Position numbers and translations under genes: made by a program
Part shown: positions 42,877 through 56,379 of the stretch, one piece after another
Numbering within the stretch: the stretch's first letter is position 1
Layout: each line of letters opens with the position of its first letter
DNA from: Octopus sinensis
Taxonomy: Eukaryota
Direction of reading: 5' to 3'
Assembly: GCF_006345805.1 (NCBI RefSeq)
Contig: NW_021833789.1
Coordinates: 1-57,359 of the forward strand
Length of the DNA stretch: 57,359 nucleotides
The notes under the pieces: generated by a model
What the model was told of the DNA's origin: nothing
The model's input: only the letters and a program-made list of their open reading frames with translations
The model's database searches: none

Positions 42877-43276
42877 AAGAGAGAGAGAGTAAGAGTGAGT
42901 GGGGGGGGAATGGTCGTTGTAATGGACGGAAAATTACCTTTATTCTCTGTAATTAACAGAATATTAGATGAAGTGTGTGCACTAGTACTGCAATAGGGGC
43001 CACTAATGGCTGATATTTACAGATCAAGTTGATATGGAACCCCTACTTCGATGCCAGATTGCAATCGTCAACTGTAATTGGTTGATATTGATCACAAAGG
43101 TCGATAGTTCAATATTTGTTCTCAGTTTTTGTTCGTATTTTCAGTCTTTGCCGCCATTTCCCTCCCTCACTCTCTTTCTCTCCCTCTCTCCCTCTCTATC
43201 TATCTATCTAATCATGAATTTACTATGTACCTCAGTTTCTCACTCTCACTTTCGCTCTATCTCTCATTAGAAACAC

Positions 43277-43319
<43 letters not shown>

Positions 43320-43404
43320 TACACACAAACTGTGTGTGTATGCGTCGATTTGAGACAAGAAAGAGTGTCTTGGATTTTTCAGTGATCGACGAATGAGTGA
43401 CAAG

Positions 43405-43690
43405 TTTACGGTTCGAATCCCAGTGGCGATTTGCTTCGACTTTCTTTCACAGAATTGATTTCTTTATATAATTCTTTCTAATTTTGTCACAAGACCAACC
43501 ATTTTGAGGCAGGGGAATTTGATCCATCACGTCAACCCCAGTACATGCCTGGTACTTATCTTATCGACCCCAACAGGATGAAAGGTAGTGCTCACCTCGG
43601 TGCTGCTTGAACTCAGAACGTAAAGAGCCGGACGAAATGCAGCCGAGTATTTTATCCGACGCTCCAACGATACTGCAAACACGCCACCTT
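43405..43690 (+). mobile_element. Old, diverged SINE-B
   Basis: GGTTCGAATCCCAG..; CTGGTACTTATCTTATCGACCCCAACAGGATGAAAGG; GAACTCAGAACGTAAAG (fragments in both orientations). Confidence 0.55.
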
Positions 43691-45014
43691 AATCACTCTT
43701 TTATCAGTCACCAATATATCATACTTCACGTTTATATACCTTTGAAAGGTATGATGCTGCGGTTTAGTCTGTCAGAAAATCTCTGTATAGACACTTTGTG
43801 TTAGGAACATTTTACATTGGCGCTAAAGGAACATCGTTGCAGCAGCTAGCAAGGAGGAATCCTAGACATGCTCTTCTCCACTAACAGTGAATAGGTTATT
43901 CCCTGGTTCCTATATACCAGAGGGAACAAATTTTTTCTTGGGCATATGAAAAGCGGGTACACGTCCTTTACAAGACCCAAGAAGGCCGAAACGTGTCCGA
44001 CGTCATCGTGAGTCGCTTCTGCGACAATGTTCGCATCGTTTCTCTAGCCATTGTATTTTTTTAACACAAGTCTATGAAGCGATTTTGTCGCTGACAAATC
44101 TCACACCATCATGTCTTGAAATAGTATAAATAAATCAAGCCCGGTACACAGATGGTTGCTTCAATTAAAAGCTGTTTCAGTTGCGTTCACCGAGCTCCTA
44201 TAATGTTTAATTCTTGGAAAGGTTGGAGTAACTTCTGAAACTAAGACTAGTTCATTCAGTTTTTAGTCTATGGCTAAAGGCAAAACGTTTGTTTATGGAT
44301 TTCGATTCCAAAGAAATAATTTTAATTGATTGATAACAAAGCTTAAACCACTAAAGTTATGTAAGTATAGAAAATATATTCACAGGGGAACAAACGATTT
44401 AGGAATGAGCAAATATATTTTGTGAGATTAGAATTGAATAATAAACGAATAAGTAGCGTTAAAGTGAAAGGAATTGGTGTGTTTTCAGATTATAAAAAAT
44501 TTAGTTAAATTAATGTAAATGTGGAAAATAATAGAAACTAGGATAGGAGAATTTAGATATCATAAGAATATTAAGATGGATTAGTTGGAGTAAAAGCAGA
44601 TTAGGAAAAATACCAATAAAGCATCGTATTCATTGGAAAAGAAATTTATAATTATCAGGATAATAATATTAGCTTAGTTTAGCTTACCAAAGTATATGAG
44701 TGAAAAGGCCAATTTAGGTTAAACGATAACGGTATTCGTTAAATTGAGTGTATCAAAATATAGAGTAAGCAAAGAAACAAGGGAAGCAGAAGAGAGAAGA
44801 ATGGTTAGATGCCATACGAGTGTAATGCGGTAAGGCTACCACGCGGCTAGAGTTAAAGAACACGTGACGTGTTGTAGTATTTGTTAAGTTGTGGGTAGTA
44901 GGTGAACTTTCCATTCTGAGGACGGATGATTAGATATATTTTGTATGATTTTAGGCAGAATAGAAGAATGCAGAAATAGCAAACATTGGAATATAGGATG
45001 TTAATAAAATGCAT

Positions 45015-45267
45015 TTTTCTTTTCTTTTTACGCGTTTCAGTCATTTGAGTGCGGACATGCTGGAGCACAGCCTTTAGTCGAAAAAATCGACCCCAGGACT
45101 TATTCTTTGTATAACTGTAGTATTTATTCTATCGGGTTCTTTTGCCAAACTGCTAAGTTTCGGAAACATAAACACACCAACATAGGTTGTCAAGCGATGG
45201 TGGAGGAGGGGAACAAACACAGACACAAAGACACACATATAAATATATACATACATACATACATACA

Positions 45268-45303
<36 letters not shown>

Positions 45304-45467
45304 GGTCGGGCTTCTTTCAGTTTCCATCTGCCAAATCCACTCACAAGGCTTTGATCAGCCCGAGACTATAGTAGAAGACACTTGCTTAAGGTGCCACGCA
45401 GTGGGACTGAACCTAGAATCATGTGGTTGGGAAACGAGCTTCTTACCATTCAGCCACTCCTGTGCCT
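45015..45467 (-). mobile_element. SINE family A, full length
   Basis: Same organisation as 4292-4716. Confidence 0.88.
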
Positions 45468-45529
45468 TACAAAAAACAAACAAACAAACAAAATTATGCA
45501 TTTTATTAACCTCATATATTTCAAGGGAA

Positions 45530-45845
45530 AGCGCATGGCTTAGTGTCTAGAGTGGTCGGCTCTCGACCGTAAGGTCACGATTTTGATTCCCAGCAGCACG
45601 CTGTGTCCTTGAGCAAGGCACTTTACGCCTCGTTGCTCCAGTCCCACTTAGATGGCAATAATGAGTTCCACCAGTAAATCAAAAAATCAACCTTTTCACG
45701 TTGTGTGTCACGTTGAATCGCCCCAGGTAAAGGGTACGCGTTTCTGTGGAGTGCTCAGCCACTTGCACATGAATTTTCACGAGCAAATCTATTCAGTTGG
45801 TTGGATCGACTGGAACACTCGTCGTCGTAACCGACGGAGTGCCAG
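45530..45845 (+). mobile_element. tRNA-derived SINE family D: CORE-like body with the family C tail
   Basis: GCGCATGGCTTAGTG..GATTCCC; GTGTCCTTGAGCAAGGCACTT; tail GTGGAGTGCTCAGCCACTT..CTCGTCGTCGTAACCGACGGA as at 35160-35255. Confidence 0.75.
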
Positions 45846-46199
45846 AATAGAAACCATAGCAGAAATATGTATTTGATCTCACGAACGATAAGAAAACGAA
45901 TCTACGTGTGAACCCGTGGTGAGATAATCGGAAAAAGCTTAACTGAGACAAGTTAACTGTTTCAGAGACAGAAGATGAGTAAAAAATAAGGAAAGGAAAT
46001 AGCAGCGGCAAGAATGAAATATATATACATACATATACATACATATCCATTCACCCATCCATTCACCCACTCATTCACCTATCTATCTGTCTGTTTGTCT
46101 ATCTTGTGTCTGTCCATTCAGCTATTCACGTGTTTGTCTGTCTGTCTGTCTGTCTGTCTATTAATCTTCATACAAAACAGTATTATAGAACCATTTCAA

Positions 46200-47560
46200 C
46201 CGATGTTACCAATCAGTGTCGCGCAGAAATTAGGAAATTATGAGACAAGCTAAGATAGCGCTCGTCAGAGGGGTTGGTATGGAAAGTATGGTGACGGATC
46301 TCTCCTACGGGAGCTCGTCAGTCGGTGTCCCTTCCAGTTTGTGGGTGCTTTTAAAAATGAAAAGAAAAGAAAGGAAGAAAGCCGTAAGAAAGTTCAGAGG
46401 GAAATTCATCGGAAGCTATGAACCTTGTCCAAGGATCCTGAGTGAAGGGCAATTTCCTGCAAAGTGCTGTTTAGCTGTGGGCGGTGTAGGTATGATAGGT
46501 GTGCAGAAGTTTTGGGAGAAGAGGATAGAGTGGACGTCCAGTCTTAATCCAATGTTGAGAATAGTAAACAGAGCTGAACACACTGTCTGTGGTGGTAGGA
46601 ATTAGTACTGGTGGAAGTCTAACGTTTATAGTTATGCTGCACTCCACAATTAGACAACAACATATTTTCTGTCATGTGGGCATCAACGGAAAACATTGTT
46701 TTTGTAGTTTAAGTATACATCCGGTGGGTTAACGGTGTAGAAAAAAACAGTTGCCTTGTAAAAATTGATGCGACTTAAATTTTCTGAGAACGAGGTTCGC
46801 ATATTTCTCTGAATGTCAGTTGGGTGTTAGGGTTTTAGTAAAATGGATGCGGTAATGCTCCATGGCCCAAAGATACTAGTGAGGTTGTTATTTCCCTGAA
46901 ATACGCCTAGCCTCGTTTATTACTGATTCATTCATCACTAATCCTGCATAACATAGTGTCTTAACACGTTTATCACTAGTTGATCTGTAATAACACGGCT
47001 GGCGATCGGTTAAATATATTTTTTGGCTTACAAAAGCACCTCCAGCGACTGTCCACAATTCTCAGGACAACGTTGAGACTCGGAACAAAATCTACTTCCC
47101 CCATATACCCGTGATAAACAAGCATAGATAACAGAGTATCGAAGTATCTTTTAACGATGAAATATATGAGCCAAAGGATTTTACTAACTTTTCGTTATTC
47201 TTAAGAACATAAATTATGTTAGTAAAACCTCGATTTAAATGGGTTTGAGGTCATACCAACATAAACTTGTCAGTTGTCGTTCGTATCACCTAAACTTTAA
47301 GAATACAATATCCCTAGTCACACAATTAAATACTAGCGCGCATTTGCCCAAATGTTTGTGAGTTATTGCTTTTGTGAGATTGGTAAGTTTAGAGCAGCCG
47401 ATAATGGTCAATGATTGAAGTTCGCGTTAAAATAATTGTAATATCTTTCGTTAAAGCTCTCGTTAGAGTATTTATAAATTCAGGTGAATGTGTAATGTGG
47501 AGTAAGGAACACTGAGGAGACTTCAGAAATGATCTTGCGACTATAAAACTGAAAAGAGGT
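46200..47560 (-). mobile_element. Decayed Penelope-like remnants, probably two
   Basis: Minus strand near 47330-47200: NCVTRDIV..QVYVGMTSNPFKSRFY*H (GIY-YIG-like); weaker second remnant near 46680-46450; CTGACGAGC motifs at 46323 and 46268. Confidence 0.55.
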
Positions 47561-47633
47561 GAATGGAGGGTAAATTTTTAAAAATTCTTATTCTCTTTCG
47601 CAGAAGGAACGTAATGTTATCTAATAGATTTAA

Positions 47634-47713
<80 letters not shown>

Positions 47714-48626
47714 GTTTGTCTGTCTGTCTGCCTGCCTTCCTGTCTGTCTGTCTGCTTGACTGTCTGTCTGTCTGCCTGCCTTCCTGTCTGTCTGTCTGCT
47801 TGACTGTCTGTCTGTCTGTCGACCTACACGAAGGCGGTGTGCTGGTAGAATCGTTAGCACGCCGTGTACCTTTAAGTTCGTCCTTACGTTCTGAGTTCAA
47901 ATTCCACCGTGTGTGTGTGTGTAATATGCGTGTGTGTGTGTGTGCATATATATCTAAATACATATAATTGTTTGGTTGAATAATTAATTGGTAAATTATT
48001 CTACGCTCTTTGACACACACACATTCTGAGCATTCAAACGACTCTCTGACTGCTTGTGCTAATCTTTTAGTCTTTAGGTGTCTATCTCCCCGATATCTAT
48101 GAGTATATTTGGATGTACGCGTATATGAGTGTACATGCGTGTGTGTGTGTGCGTGTATGTATGCTTCTGTATGTATATATGTACGTATGTATGTATGTAT
48201 GTATGTATGTATGTATATACATGTGTGTAAATTTATTAACGTGGGTGCGAAGCCATGAATAGAAGTCGTTTATGCTATTTCCGTTTGTTGGGATATGTAA
48301 CTCCTTCGCATTTCAATTACGTAGCTATGCATACACAAACACACACACACATATATATATAAACATATGTACACACACAAACATATACACACATTTACAC
48401 CCACACAAACATATACATATCAAAGGCGCTATGTTCTTCTAATTTCCTTCATAAAGAGGTGTATATCATCCTGTAATTATACACAAAATTCATGTAATAT
48501 ATACACACATTCATATACGGTTCGCGTGCACGCACACACATATATACACATGAATGGCCATATATACGGAGAAATGAAGATTACAGAGGTGTGGCCGATA
48601 TCTATCTATCTATATATCTATCTATA

Positions 48627-48686
<60 letters not shown>

Positions 48687-48731
48687 CCTCCATCTATCTT
48701 TCTATCTATACATACATACATACATACATAC

Positions 48732-48762
<31 letters not shown>

Positions 48763-48820
48763 CATACATACATACATACGTACATGCATCCAAACAAAGA
48801 TACATACATACATATATATA

Positions 48821-49380
48821 TCAGGCTGAGTAAAAAGTAAGCAACGTTTTGAAACATGAAATTCATCACAATATATTTCAGCAATGCGGATATTTTATTC
48901 ATCAAACTAACTACCATTACAATCGACACATTTTTGCCAACGAGTTACAAGTTTGTTTATTCCAGTAACATAAAAATCTGGAGTTCTGGAGCTGATGAAC
49001 TCTTTGATTGCACTTTCAGCATTGGTTTGATTTTTGAATTCCTTCTCTCGCAGGAAACCATCAAGGTGCTTCAAAAAGTGGTAGTCTATAGCAGAAAGGT
49101 CTGGGGAATAACTGAGTAGGGAAGAACTTCGTGACCAAGTTCCCTCAACTTTTAGAGTATTATCAATGAAACGTGTGGTCAAGTATTGTCATGAAGAATG
49201 ATTGGCCCTCTTCTGTTGACCAGTCTGAAAGAGATGAGTAGCAGTTTTTTGTTCATTTTGGCAATGTCATGTCAATATGATTCTGCAGTAATAGTTTGTC
49301 TGGGTTTTTAAGAAGTTATAGTGGACTAGTCCAGCAGTACACCACCAATCATTCACCATAACCTTCCTTTTGAAGAGCTC
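48821..49380 (-). mobile_element. Mariner (Hsmar1-like) 3' relic with TIR
   Basis: LVNRRGPIILHDN; DYHFLKHLDGFLREKEFKNQ..AIKEFISSRTPDFYVTGINKLVTRWQKCVDCNGS (ORF 48907..49182); end TA|TCAGGCTGAGTAAAAAGT. Confidence 0.85.
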
Positions 49381-49465
49381 TAAATAGCTTGGCGGAATAT
49401 AAAACCAAAAACAGAATGACTTTAATCGTCTCTAACTGTGACAGACGAGATAACCGCCACGAACG

Positions 49466-49668
49466 ATTCCAGAGAACACTGGACTTGATTAGTTTCGCCT
49501 ATCAGTCGCTGACTCATCAATAGCGACTACTCAATGCCATGAAATTATATGGCAAATATACATTTAAAGACAGTCCGATTTAACCAAACCATGGAGCGAT
49601 TGAGTAGTCACTACTGACGAGCCTACGACTGATAGGTGAAGCTAGTTTGGTCCAGTGATCTGTAGAAT
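49466..49668. ncRNA. Inverted pair of hammerhead-like motifs
   Basis: Minus 49477-49535: CTA TTGATGA GTC..GGC GAAA CT AATCA A GTC CAGTG. Plus 49599-49657: CACTA CTGACGA GCCT ACGACTGAT AGGT GAAG CTAGTTTG GTC CAGTG. The arms match at 47/59. Confidence 0.6.
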
Positions 49669-50139
49669 ATTGATGCAATATAGGGACTTCGGCAGCCTAA
49701 GTCAGAAAGACGATTAAAGCTATCCTTGTTGGTTTTATGTTGCACCTAGCTATTTAGATTAATTTATATATATATATATTATTAATAATAATAATTTTAC
49801 CGAGTAGTCAGTACGTTAAGAAACATTTTTAGGTAAGTTATACATTCTATTCTATAATTATTTACGTAATTATATATATAGTTATATACATAATCGAATT
49901 GATTCATCATTTTCCCTTTTGCCTACATTCAAAAAAGTATGATATTTTCTTTCTCTGGGTTTTTGTGGTAGTTGAAAAGACATTAGCGTCTATTTCTAAT
50001 TCCGTGCGTGGCGAGGAAATTAGCCGACCCCTCATTATAATTATTAATATAATTATAGAATATTTTGTATATATATATATTATATATGTGTGTGTGTGTG
50101 TGTGTATGTGTGTGTGTATGTAGGCATATGTGTGTGTAT

Positions 50140-50370
50140 GTGTGTGTGTATGCTTGTGTATCAGTGTTCGTCCCCCTCTCCACCATCGCTTGACAACCGA
50201 TGTTGATGTGTTTATGTCCCAGTTACTTAGCGGTGCGACGAAAGAGAGCGAGAGAATAAGTACTAGGCTTACAAAGAATAAGTCCTGGGGTCGATTTGCT
50301 CAACTAAAGGCGGTGCTCCAGCATGGCCGCAGTCAAATGACTGAAACAAGTAAAAGAATAAAAGAATTCA
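50140..50370 (+). mobile_element. SINE-A 3' half
   Basis: ..GCGGTGCTCCAGCATGGCCGCAGTCAAATGACTGAAACAAGTAAAAGAAT. Confidence 0.85.
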
Positions 50371-50603
50371 AGAATATACATAAATGAAAAAAGAAAAACA
50401 AATACGTATATGTATGTGTGTGTGTATGTGTGTGTGAGTATGTGTATGTGTGTGTATGCATTATTGTGTACGTTTCATTGTGTCTTCAGTTCTGTATACG
50501 ATGCTGTGTGTATGGCAATATAGCTCTGACCATGCCTTTCTATAGATCTGTGTCTGTGTACTTTTAGCACTGCTTTCTATATTGATATGCACATATATAT
50601 GCA

Positions 50604-50644
<41 letters not shown>

Positions 50645-51283
50645 GTGCATATATGTGCATATATATGCATATATTATATATAATATATATATATATGTAT
50701 ATATATATATACATATCTTTACATCTATATATATCTTTACATCTATATCTATATATAAATATAAATATATACATTATACATGTATAAATATATATATATA
50801 CATATATTTATATACGTATTTATATGTATATATATATATATCTTTAAATCTATATCAATATATAAATATGAATATATACATTAAATATATATACATATAT
50901 ATGCATATATATATATATACGCACACACACAGATGTAAATATGTGTGTGTGCACATATGCGTATGTCTATGTATGTGTATTTATTTATACGTATATATGT
51001 ATGCATAATATATCTACACACACACACACACATACATATGTGTGTATGCGTGTGTAAGAATAAATACTTACACATGCATACACACTCTCGCACACAGGAA
51101 TATATGTGTATATACAATCTGTGTGCGCGCGTGTGTGTATGAGTAAGTGTGTGAGTTTACATTTATATACAGATATGTCCGTGTATGTATATACTGATAT
51201 ATAAGTACACACACACACATACACATACACATACACATACACATACATATACATGTGATTGTATACTTTTACATGTAACTGTA

Positions 51284-51330
<47 letters not shown>

Positions 51331-52002
51331 TGTGTGTGTGTGTGTGTGTGACTATGTAATTAATTCTTGATTGAGTTGTAGTCACCGAACTCTTAAAACA
51401 AGTGGCAAAACTCCTGGGAAAAAACGGCAGCGGACAGAGGGATGTCTGTGTGTCATCTGACGAAATACGGCGTGGAGGAGGGTTAGACGGTGGGGAGGCG
51501 GGTTAGGGCAGACCATATGGGTGGGGTTGGGGTAGGCCGTGGTTGTGGTGGTGGTGGTTAGGGCGTGGTGGTGAGGGGTAAAGGTGAGCCCAAGATTAAG
51601 ACAGAAGTGAGTGTTACTACAGGAACTGTCATGGAAGGGGGTTTGTGCGGTGGGGGTGGGCATGGTGCCGGGCCAAGCAGCTGGAAGGGGTGAGTGTGTG
51701 TGTGTGTAGAGGAGGATGGTGAGGTGCTTGGTTGTGGGGCGGGGGCGGCGTCGTGAATAGGAAACTGGTAAGACAGAGAAACCTGTGTTTTTAGCAGTGT
51801 GGGAGAATATGGTTCCCAGGCTAGACACTCTGGCTTGTATTTGGGGTGGCCATTGTTGTCTATACGGTGATGGTGATGATGATGGTGCTGCTGCTGTTGG
51901 CAGTGGTGCTGAAGACGACGATGGTGATGATGATGATGATGACGAGGTTAATGAGGATGATGATGATGATGATGATAAATTTGGTTTAGTCACGATGAGG
52001 AA

Positions 52003-52088
<86 letters not shown>

Positions 52089-52121
52089 GTTATCAATCTA
52101 TCTAACTCTCTTCTCTTCTGC

Positions 52122-52152
<31 letters not shown>

Positions 52153-52188
52153 CCTCTGTTTGTCTGTCTATGTATGTATGTATGTATG

Positions 52189-52222
<34 letters not shown>

Positions 52223-52291
52223 TGTATGTATGTATGTATGTATGCATCTATCTATCTATCTACCTATCTTCCCATCTATCTGTCTGTCTGT

Positions 52292-52343
<52 letters not shown>

Positions 52344-53059
52344 TTATCTATCTATCACTCTCCTCTAAACTTTGATTTCCCTCAACAAAACCTCAACATT
52401 GATCACAAGAATACATGTTATTATACTGATCTCGATATTTGACGACTGCTACATTACTTAGTCCCAGTTTCTTTTATACATAATATTCAAAAGTTTGATT
52501 TTAGATAAAAACATCAAAATTGTGGGCCATGGGTGTATAGCATTCTACATTCACTCCAGTCAGTTGATTATGCGAATCATAACTCTTCGTATAATTGTTT
52601 CCTATTTCTTCACACAATTCTTGGTGTTTTCATTAAACTCTGCAAGGGCTTTTGCGCGGCAAGGGTTGTTTAGTCGACGGCAGACAAGGCACTGTTTATA
52701 ATACGGTCTGCTTTTCTACATCTGCAAGTGGCTGAACAAGTCTTCTAGCCTCTTCTGACCAAAGCAAATTGTGATTGTCCTGTTGTTCTCAGGTGTTTGA
52801 ATGTCCTCAACTGAAGTCACGGTACTCCTCAGGCAGGAGGGGTGGGGTCAAGAGCTGTAGTGGGATTTCAATATCCTTTGGAGCAGTTTTCAGGTTTTCC
52901 CTCCAGAGGTAAAGTCTAGTTTGTGAGGAGCTGGATATGATTGAGAAACAATTCCTCTTGCCTTCGGTCCTTGGACCGCGAGACGGCGTCCACGGAATTG
53001 ACTGGTACTTTATTTTCTCCAAGAATGAAACTGAAATTTCGTGCTGGACTAAATATGGC

Positions 53060-53748
53060 TAATCTATGGTCCCTTTATGCAGATTTCTAAAGAATACTAA
53101 CTTCGGAAGAATGTGTAGGAAGAGGGTCAAAAGCGTGACTCAACATTGTGAAAGTCTTGCACAGAAAGAGTACAAGCGCAGACCCGACAACGGAGCCCCA
53201 AACCTTCACTGGCTACTATGCCGGAAGTATGGATACGAGGTAACGAGAGCTTTGTATCAACATACACCGGAAAAGGTAATGGACGAAAAGGGGAAGGCAA
53301 ATATCCTCTGGGACTTCCAGACTGACAAGGTGTTAGAAACACCGAGGGCCAGAGATAGTAACCTTTAGGAGGAACAAACAAGAGGGCCTAACAATCGACG
53401 TGGCAGTGCCAGAAGATCAACATATTATTACAAAAGAAAGAGAAAAGAATGATAAACATGGAGGGGACCCGAGAATTGAGATCGCCAAGATCTGGCGGCT
53501 ACGAGAGTCAAACATCGGAGCAGTGGGTTCAATACCACCCAGCCTGAAAAAATAGCTGGAATTTTTAGAAATACACTGTAACCTAGGTGTGTTGCAAAAA
53601 TCGGCATTGCTTGGAACTGCAATGCATATTGCGTAAAGTAGTGTCTCTCTGAGCTCCTTGTTGTGACTTGAGAGACAGTGCAAACCCCCGGTACACACAA
53701 TATCTTCAATCAACAATATCAGGATGTTTGTTAATGTGCGACACCTTC
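53060..53748 (+). mobile_element. R4/Dong-clade 3' fragment 1
   Basis: CESLAQKEYKRRPDN..LHWLLCRKYG..ILWDFQTDK; IDVAVPED; LQKSALLGTA; own 3' UTR, then (AAT)n. Confidence 0.85.
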
Positions 53749-53755
53749 AATAATA

Positions 53756-53820
<65 letters not shown>

Positions 53821-53821
<1 letters not shown>

Positions 53822-54110
53822 GGGGGAGCATCATAGCCATGTGTTGAGAGGGATTCTTTGGGGTTTGAATAATTCACCTCTAGAAACATGGGTGGTTCTT
53901 TCAACATCCTTAAACAACCCAATTCTAACTGGGCCCCACCTGCAAGGTCATGTGCTGTTTATCTTGATATGAGATCACCATGTCGCGCACATATGGTTGT
54001 GATGCATGTGCCTGGTCTACCTTTATCAGACGGGTAGTCATGATGGGTATATTGGGCTTCGTATATTTTACCCCAGTGTCACTTTGATGGCATGCACTGC
54101 TCTCTCACTC
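53821..54110 (+). mobile_element. Non-coding insert between (AAT)n tracts, probably the 3' UTR of another (AAT)-targeting element
   Basis: Complex sequence ending CTCTCTCACTC|(AAT)n; assignment is by position only. Confidence 0.45.
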
Positions 54111-54140
54111 AATAATAATAATAATAATAATAATAATAAC

Positions 54141-54720
54141 GATAAAGAATGTAAGCGACGTCATGGCAATATAGCAAGGATTGTCCATTGGACATTTTGC
54201 AACAAGTATGGACTTGACAGAGCAAAAAAGTAGCATGATAAACCCGAAGGCATCATTGAAAATGATAATGCAATGACCCTATTGGATTTTATGATTCAGT
54301 GCGACCATGGGATAGAGAATAGGAAGCCAGACATAGACTTAATTGAGAAAGAAAGCAAACTATGCTGAATCATAGATATAGCATGCCCAGCTGACAACAA
54401 GGTATGCGATAAAGAAGAAAGAAAAGTCGATAAATATGACAGGTTAGCTTGGGAAGTTAAGCAGTTGTGGTCGATGAAAAAGGTGGTAGTAGTACCAATA
54501 ATTGTTGGAGCTCTGGGAACAGTGAGTAAAAATCTTGAGAAGTACATGGAACAAATAGGGGCTGCAATAAAGGTGGAGCACTTGCAGAAAACGGCACTGC
54601 TTGGAACCGCTCGAATACTCCGAAGGTGCTCGAAAAATAAGAGGTGTTACCTTAGCTCACTGGTAGTGAACGGCTGACACCGTAGTACATCTCCAGCATT
54701 AGAAGCTGTGCAAAGACGAT
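54141..54720 (+). mobile_element. R4/Dong-clade 3' fragment
   Basis: KECKRRHGNIARIVHW..KYG; RKPDI; IIDIACPAD; LWSMKKVVVVPIIVGALG; LQKTALLGTARILRR. Confidence 0.88.
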
Positions 54721-54762
54721 ATAATAACAAGAACAACAACAATAATAATAATGATAATAATA

Positions 54763-55264
54763 GTATGAGCAAACTCCAGAAGGAGTCACCGAAAATGAGA
54801 ATTGCAAAATCCTGTAGGATGCAATGGTACAGTGCAATCACTCGACCAGACATTGGAAACCGGACATTGTCGTTGTGAATAAAAAAGAAAGAACTGCTAT
54901 TATAATCGACATAGCATGCCCCAGTGACAATAGGATCAATGTGAAAGAAGAAAGAAAAATAAACAACTATGATGATTTGAAGTGGGAAATAGGAAGGTTG
55001 TGGTCAATGAAGAGAGTAGAAGTAACATCAATAGTAATTGGTGCAGTTGGAAGTATCAGCACTCAGCTACCAACATGGCTGAAAAAGATTGGTGCAAGTA
55101 TGAAGGTAGAACACCTACAAAAATCAGCATCGCTTGGAACTGCAAGAATTCTTCGCAGGGTTCTTGAAGCATGACCAGTAAAACAAGTGTCACCTTAGTC
55201 TGCTGGCTGTGGACAGCAGACACTTTCCATCATACCCAGCAAAAAAAGCTGTGAGTTCTCATAC
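54763..55264 (+). mobile_element. R4/Dong-clade 3' fragment
   Basis: YEQTPE; ORF 54824..55174 KPDIVVVNKKERTAIIIDIACPSD..KEERK..LQKSASLGTARILRRVL (PD-D..K restriction-like endonuclease). Confidence 0.9.
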
Positions 55265-55277
55265 AATAATAATAATG

Positions 55278-55348
<71 letters not shown>

Positions 55349-55349
<1 letters not shown>

Positions 55350-55925
55350 GGCCAATAATAATAGGCCAATAAATAATAGGCCAATAAACCAGATAATAGG
55401 CCAATAAACCAGATAATAGGCCAATAAACCAGATAATAGGCCAATAAAACAGATATTGTTGTGAAAGACCAAAACAATAAAGTTTGCTTATTGATCGACA
55501 TGAGCATCCCCTGTGATCATAATATCTCAGCGAAAGAGTTTGACAAGCTCAGAAAATATAAAGACCTACTCATTGAAATTGAGAAAATGTTGCATCTCAA
55601 GGCGGTTACAATACCAGTGATCGTAGGAGCACTAGGAATGATCAAGAAGGAACCGAAAATTATATGAGAATGATCCCTGGCTTACCATCCCTGCAAGAAG
55701 TGCAAAAGATTGTCTTAACTGGTACATCACACGTATTGAGAAGAGCATTGTCGATGTGAGAACTGTTGCTGCTCATGCATTTTAATTTAACTTTAAAAAA
55801 AAAAATTAACGAACTACTGAGTTTGGTTTAATGGCCTACCAATATACACTATGAGTTTCTTTGCCCTAGGAGTCGGGAAGACACTCGGCAAGAAATGGAA
55901 GAAAATTGAAAGAAGAAAAAAAAGT
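55349..55925 (+). mobile_element. R4/Dong-clade 3' fragment with a stuttered 5' junction
   Basis: DIVVKDQNNKVCLLIDMSIPCDHNISAKEFDKL..VIVGALG..LQEVQKIVLTGTSHVLRRAL. Confidence 0.85.
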
Positions 55926-55982
55926 AATAAAATAATAATAAATAATAATAATATAATAATAATAATAATAATAATAATAGTG

Positions 55983-56015
<33 letters not shown>

Positions 56016-56035
56016 TATTAATAATAATAATAATG

Positions 56036-56074
<39 letters not shown>

Positions 56075-56292
56075 TTAATAATAATAATAATAATAATAAA
56101 TAATAAATAATAATAATATTATAATAATAATAATCATAATAATAATATAATAATAATAATAATAATAGTGATAATAATAATAATAATAATAAAGATTAAA
56201 TGATGATATAATATAATAATCTAATAATATATAATAATAATAATAATAACACAATAACAACAACAATAATAATAATAATAATAATAACAGTA

Positions 56293-56348
<56 letters not shown>

Positions 56349-56378
56349 AATGATGATGATGATGATGATGATGATGAT
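55926..56378. repeat. (AAT)n followed by (GAT)n microsatellite
   Basis: Direct reading. Confidence 0.95.
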
Positions 56379-56379
56379 A

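Noticed and set aside
43895-44010. Hairpin-rich segment ending GGCCGAAACGTGTCC
   Set aside because: The 3' half resembles a hammerhead, but no CUGANGA core or consistent stem I was found.
46255-46330. Two CTGACGAGC motifs on the minus strand
   Set aside because: Each has a stem II-like hairpin but lacks GAAA and stem I; noted only as part of the Penelope-like relic.
52690-52970. Decayed RT-like coding sequence on the minus strand
   Set aside because: Too degraded to assign by eye (RTE versus Penelope); needs an HMM search.
55378-55457. CRISPR-like 20-bp repeats
   Set aside because: The units are contiguous with no spacers, the context is eukaryotic, and the sequence derives from the adjacent retrotransposon ORF.
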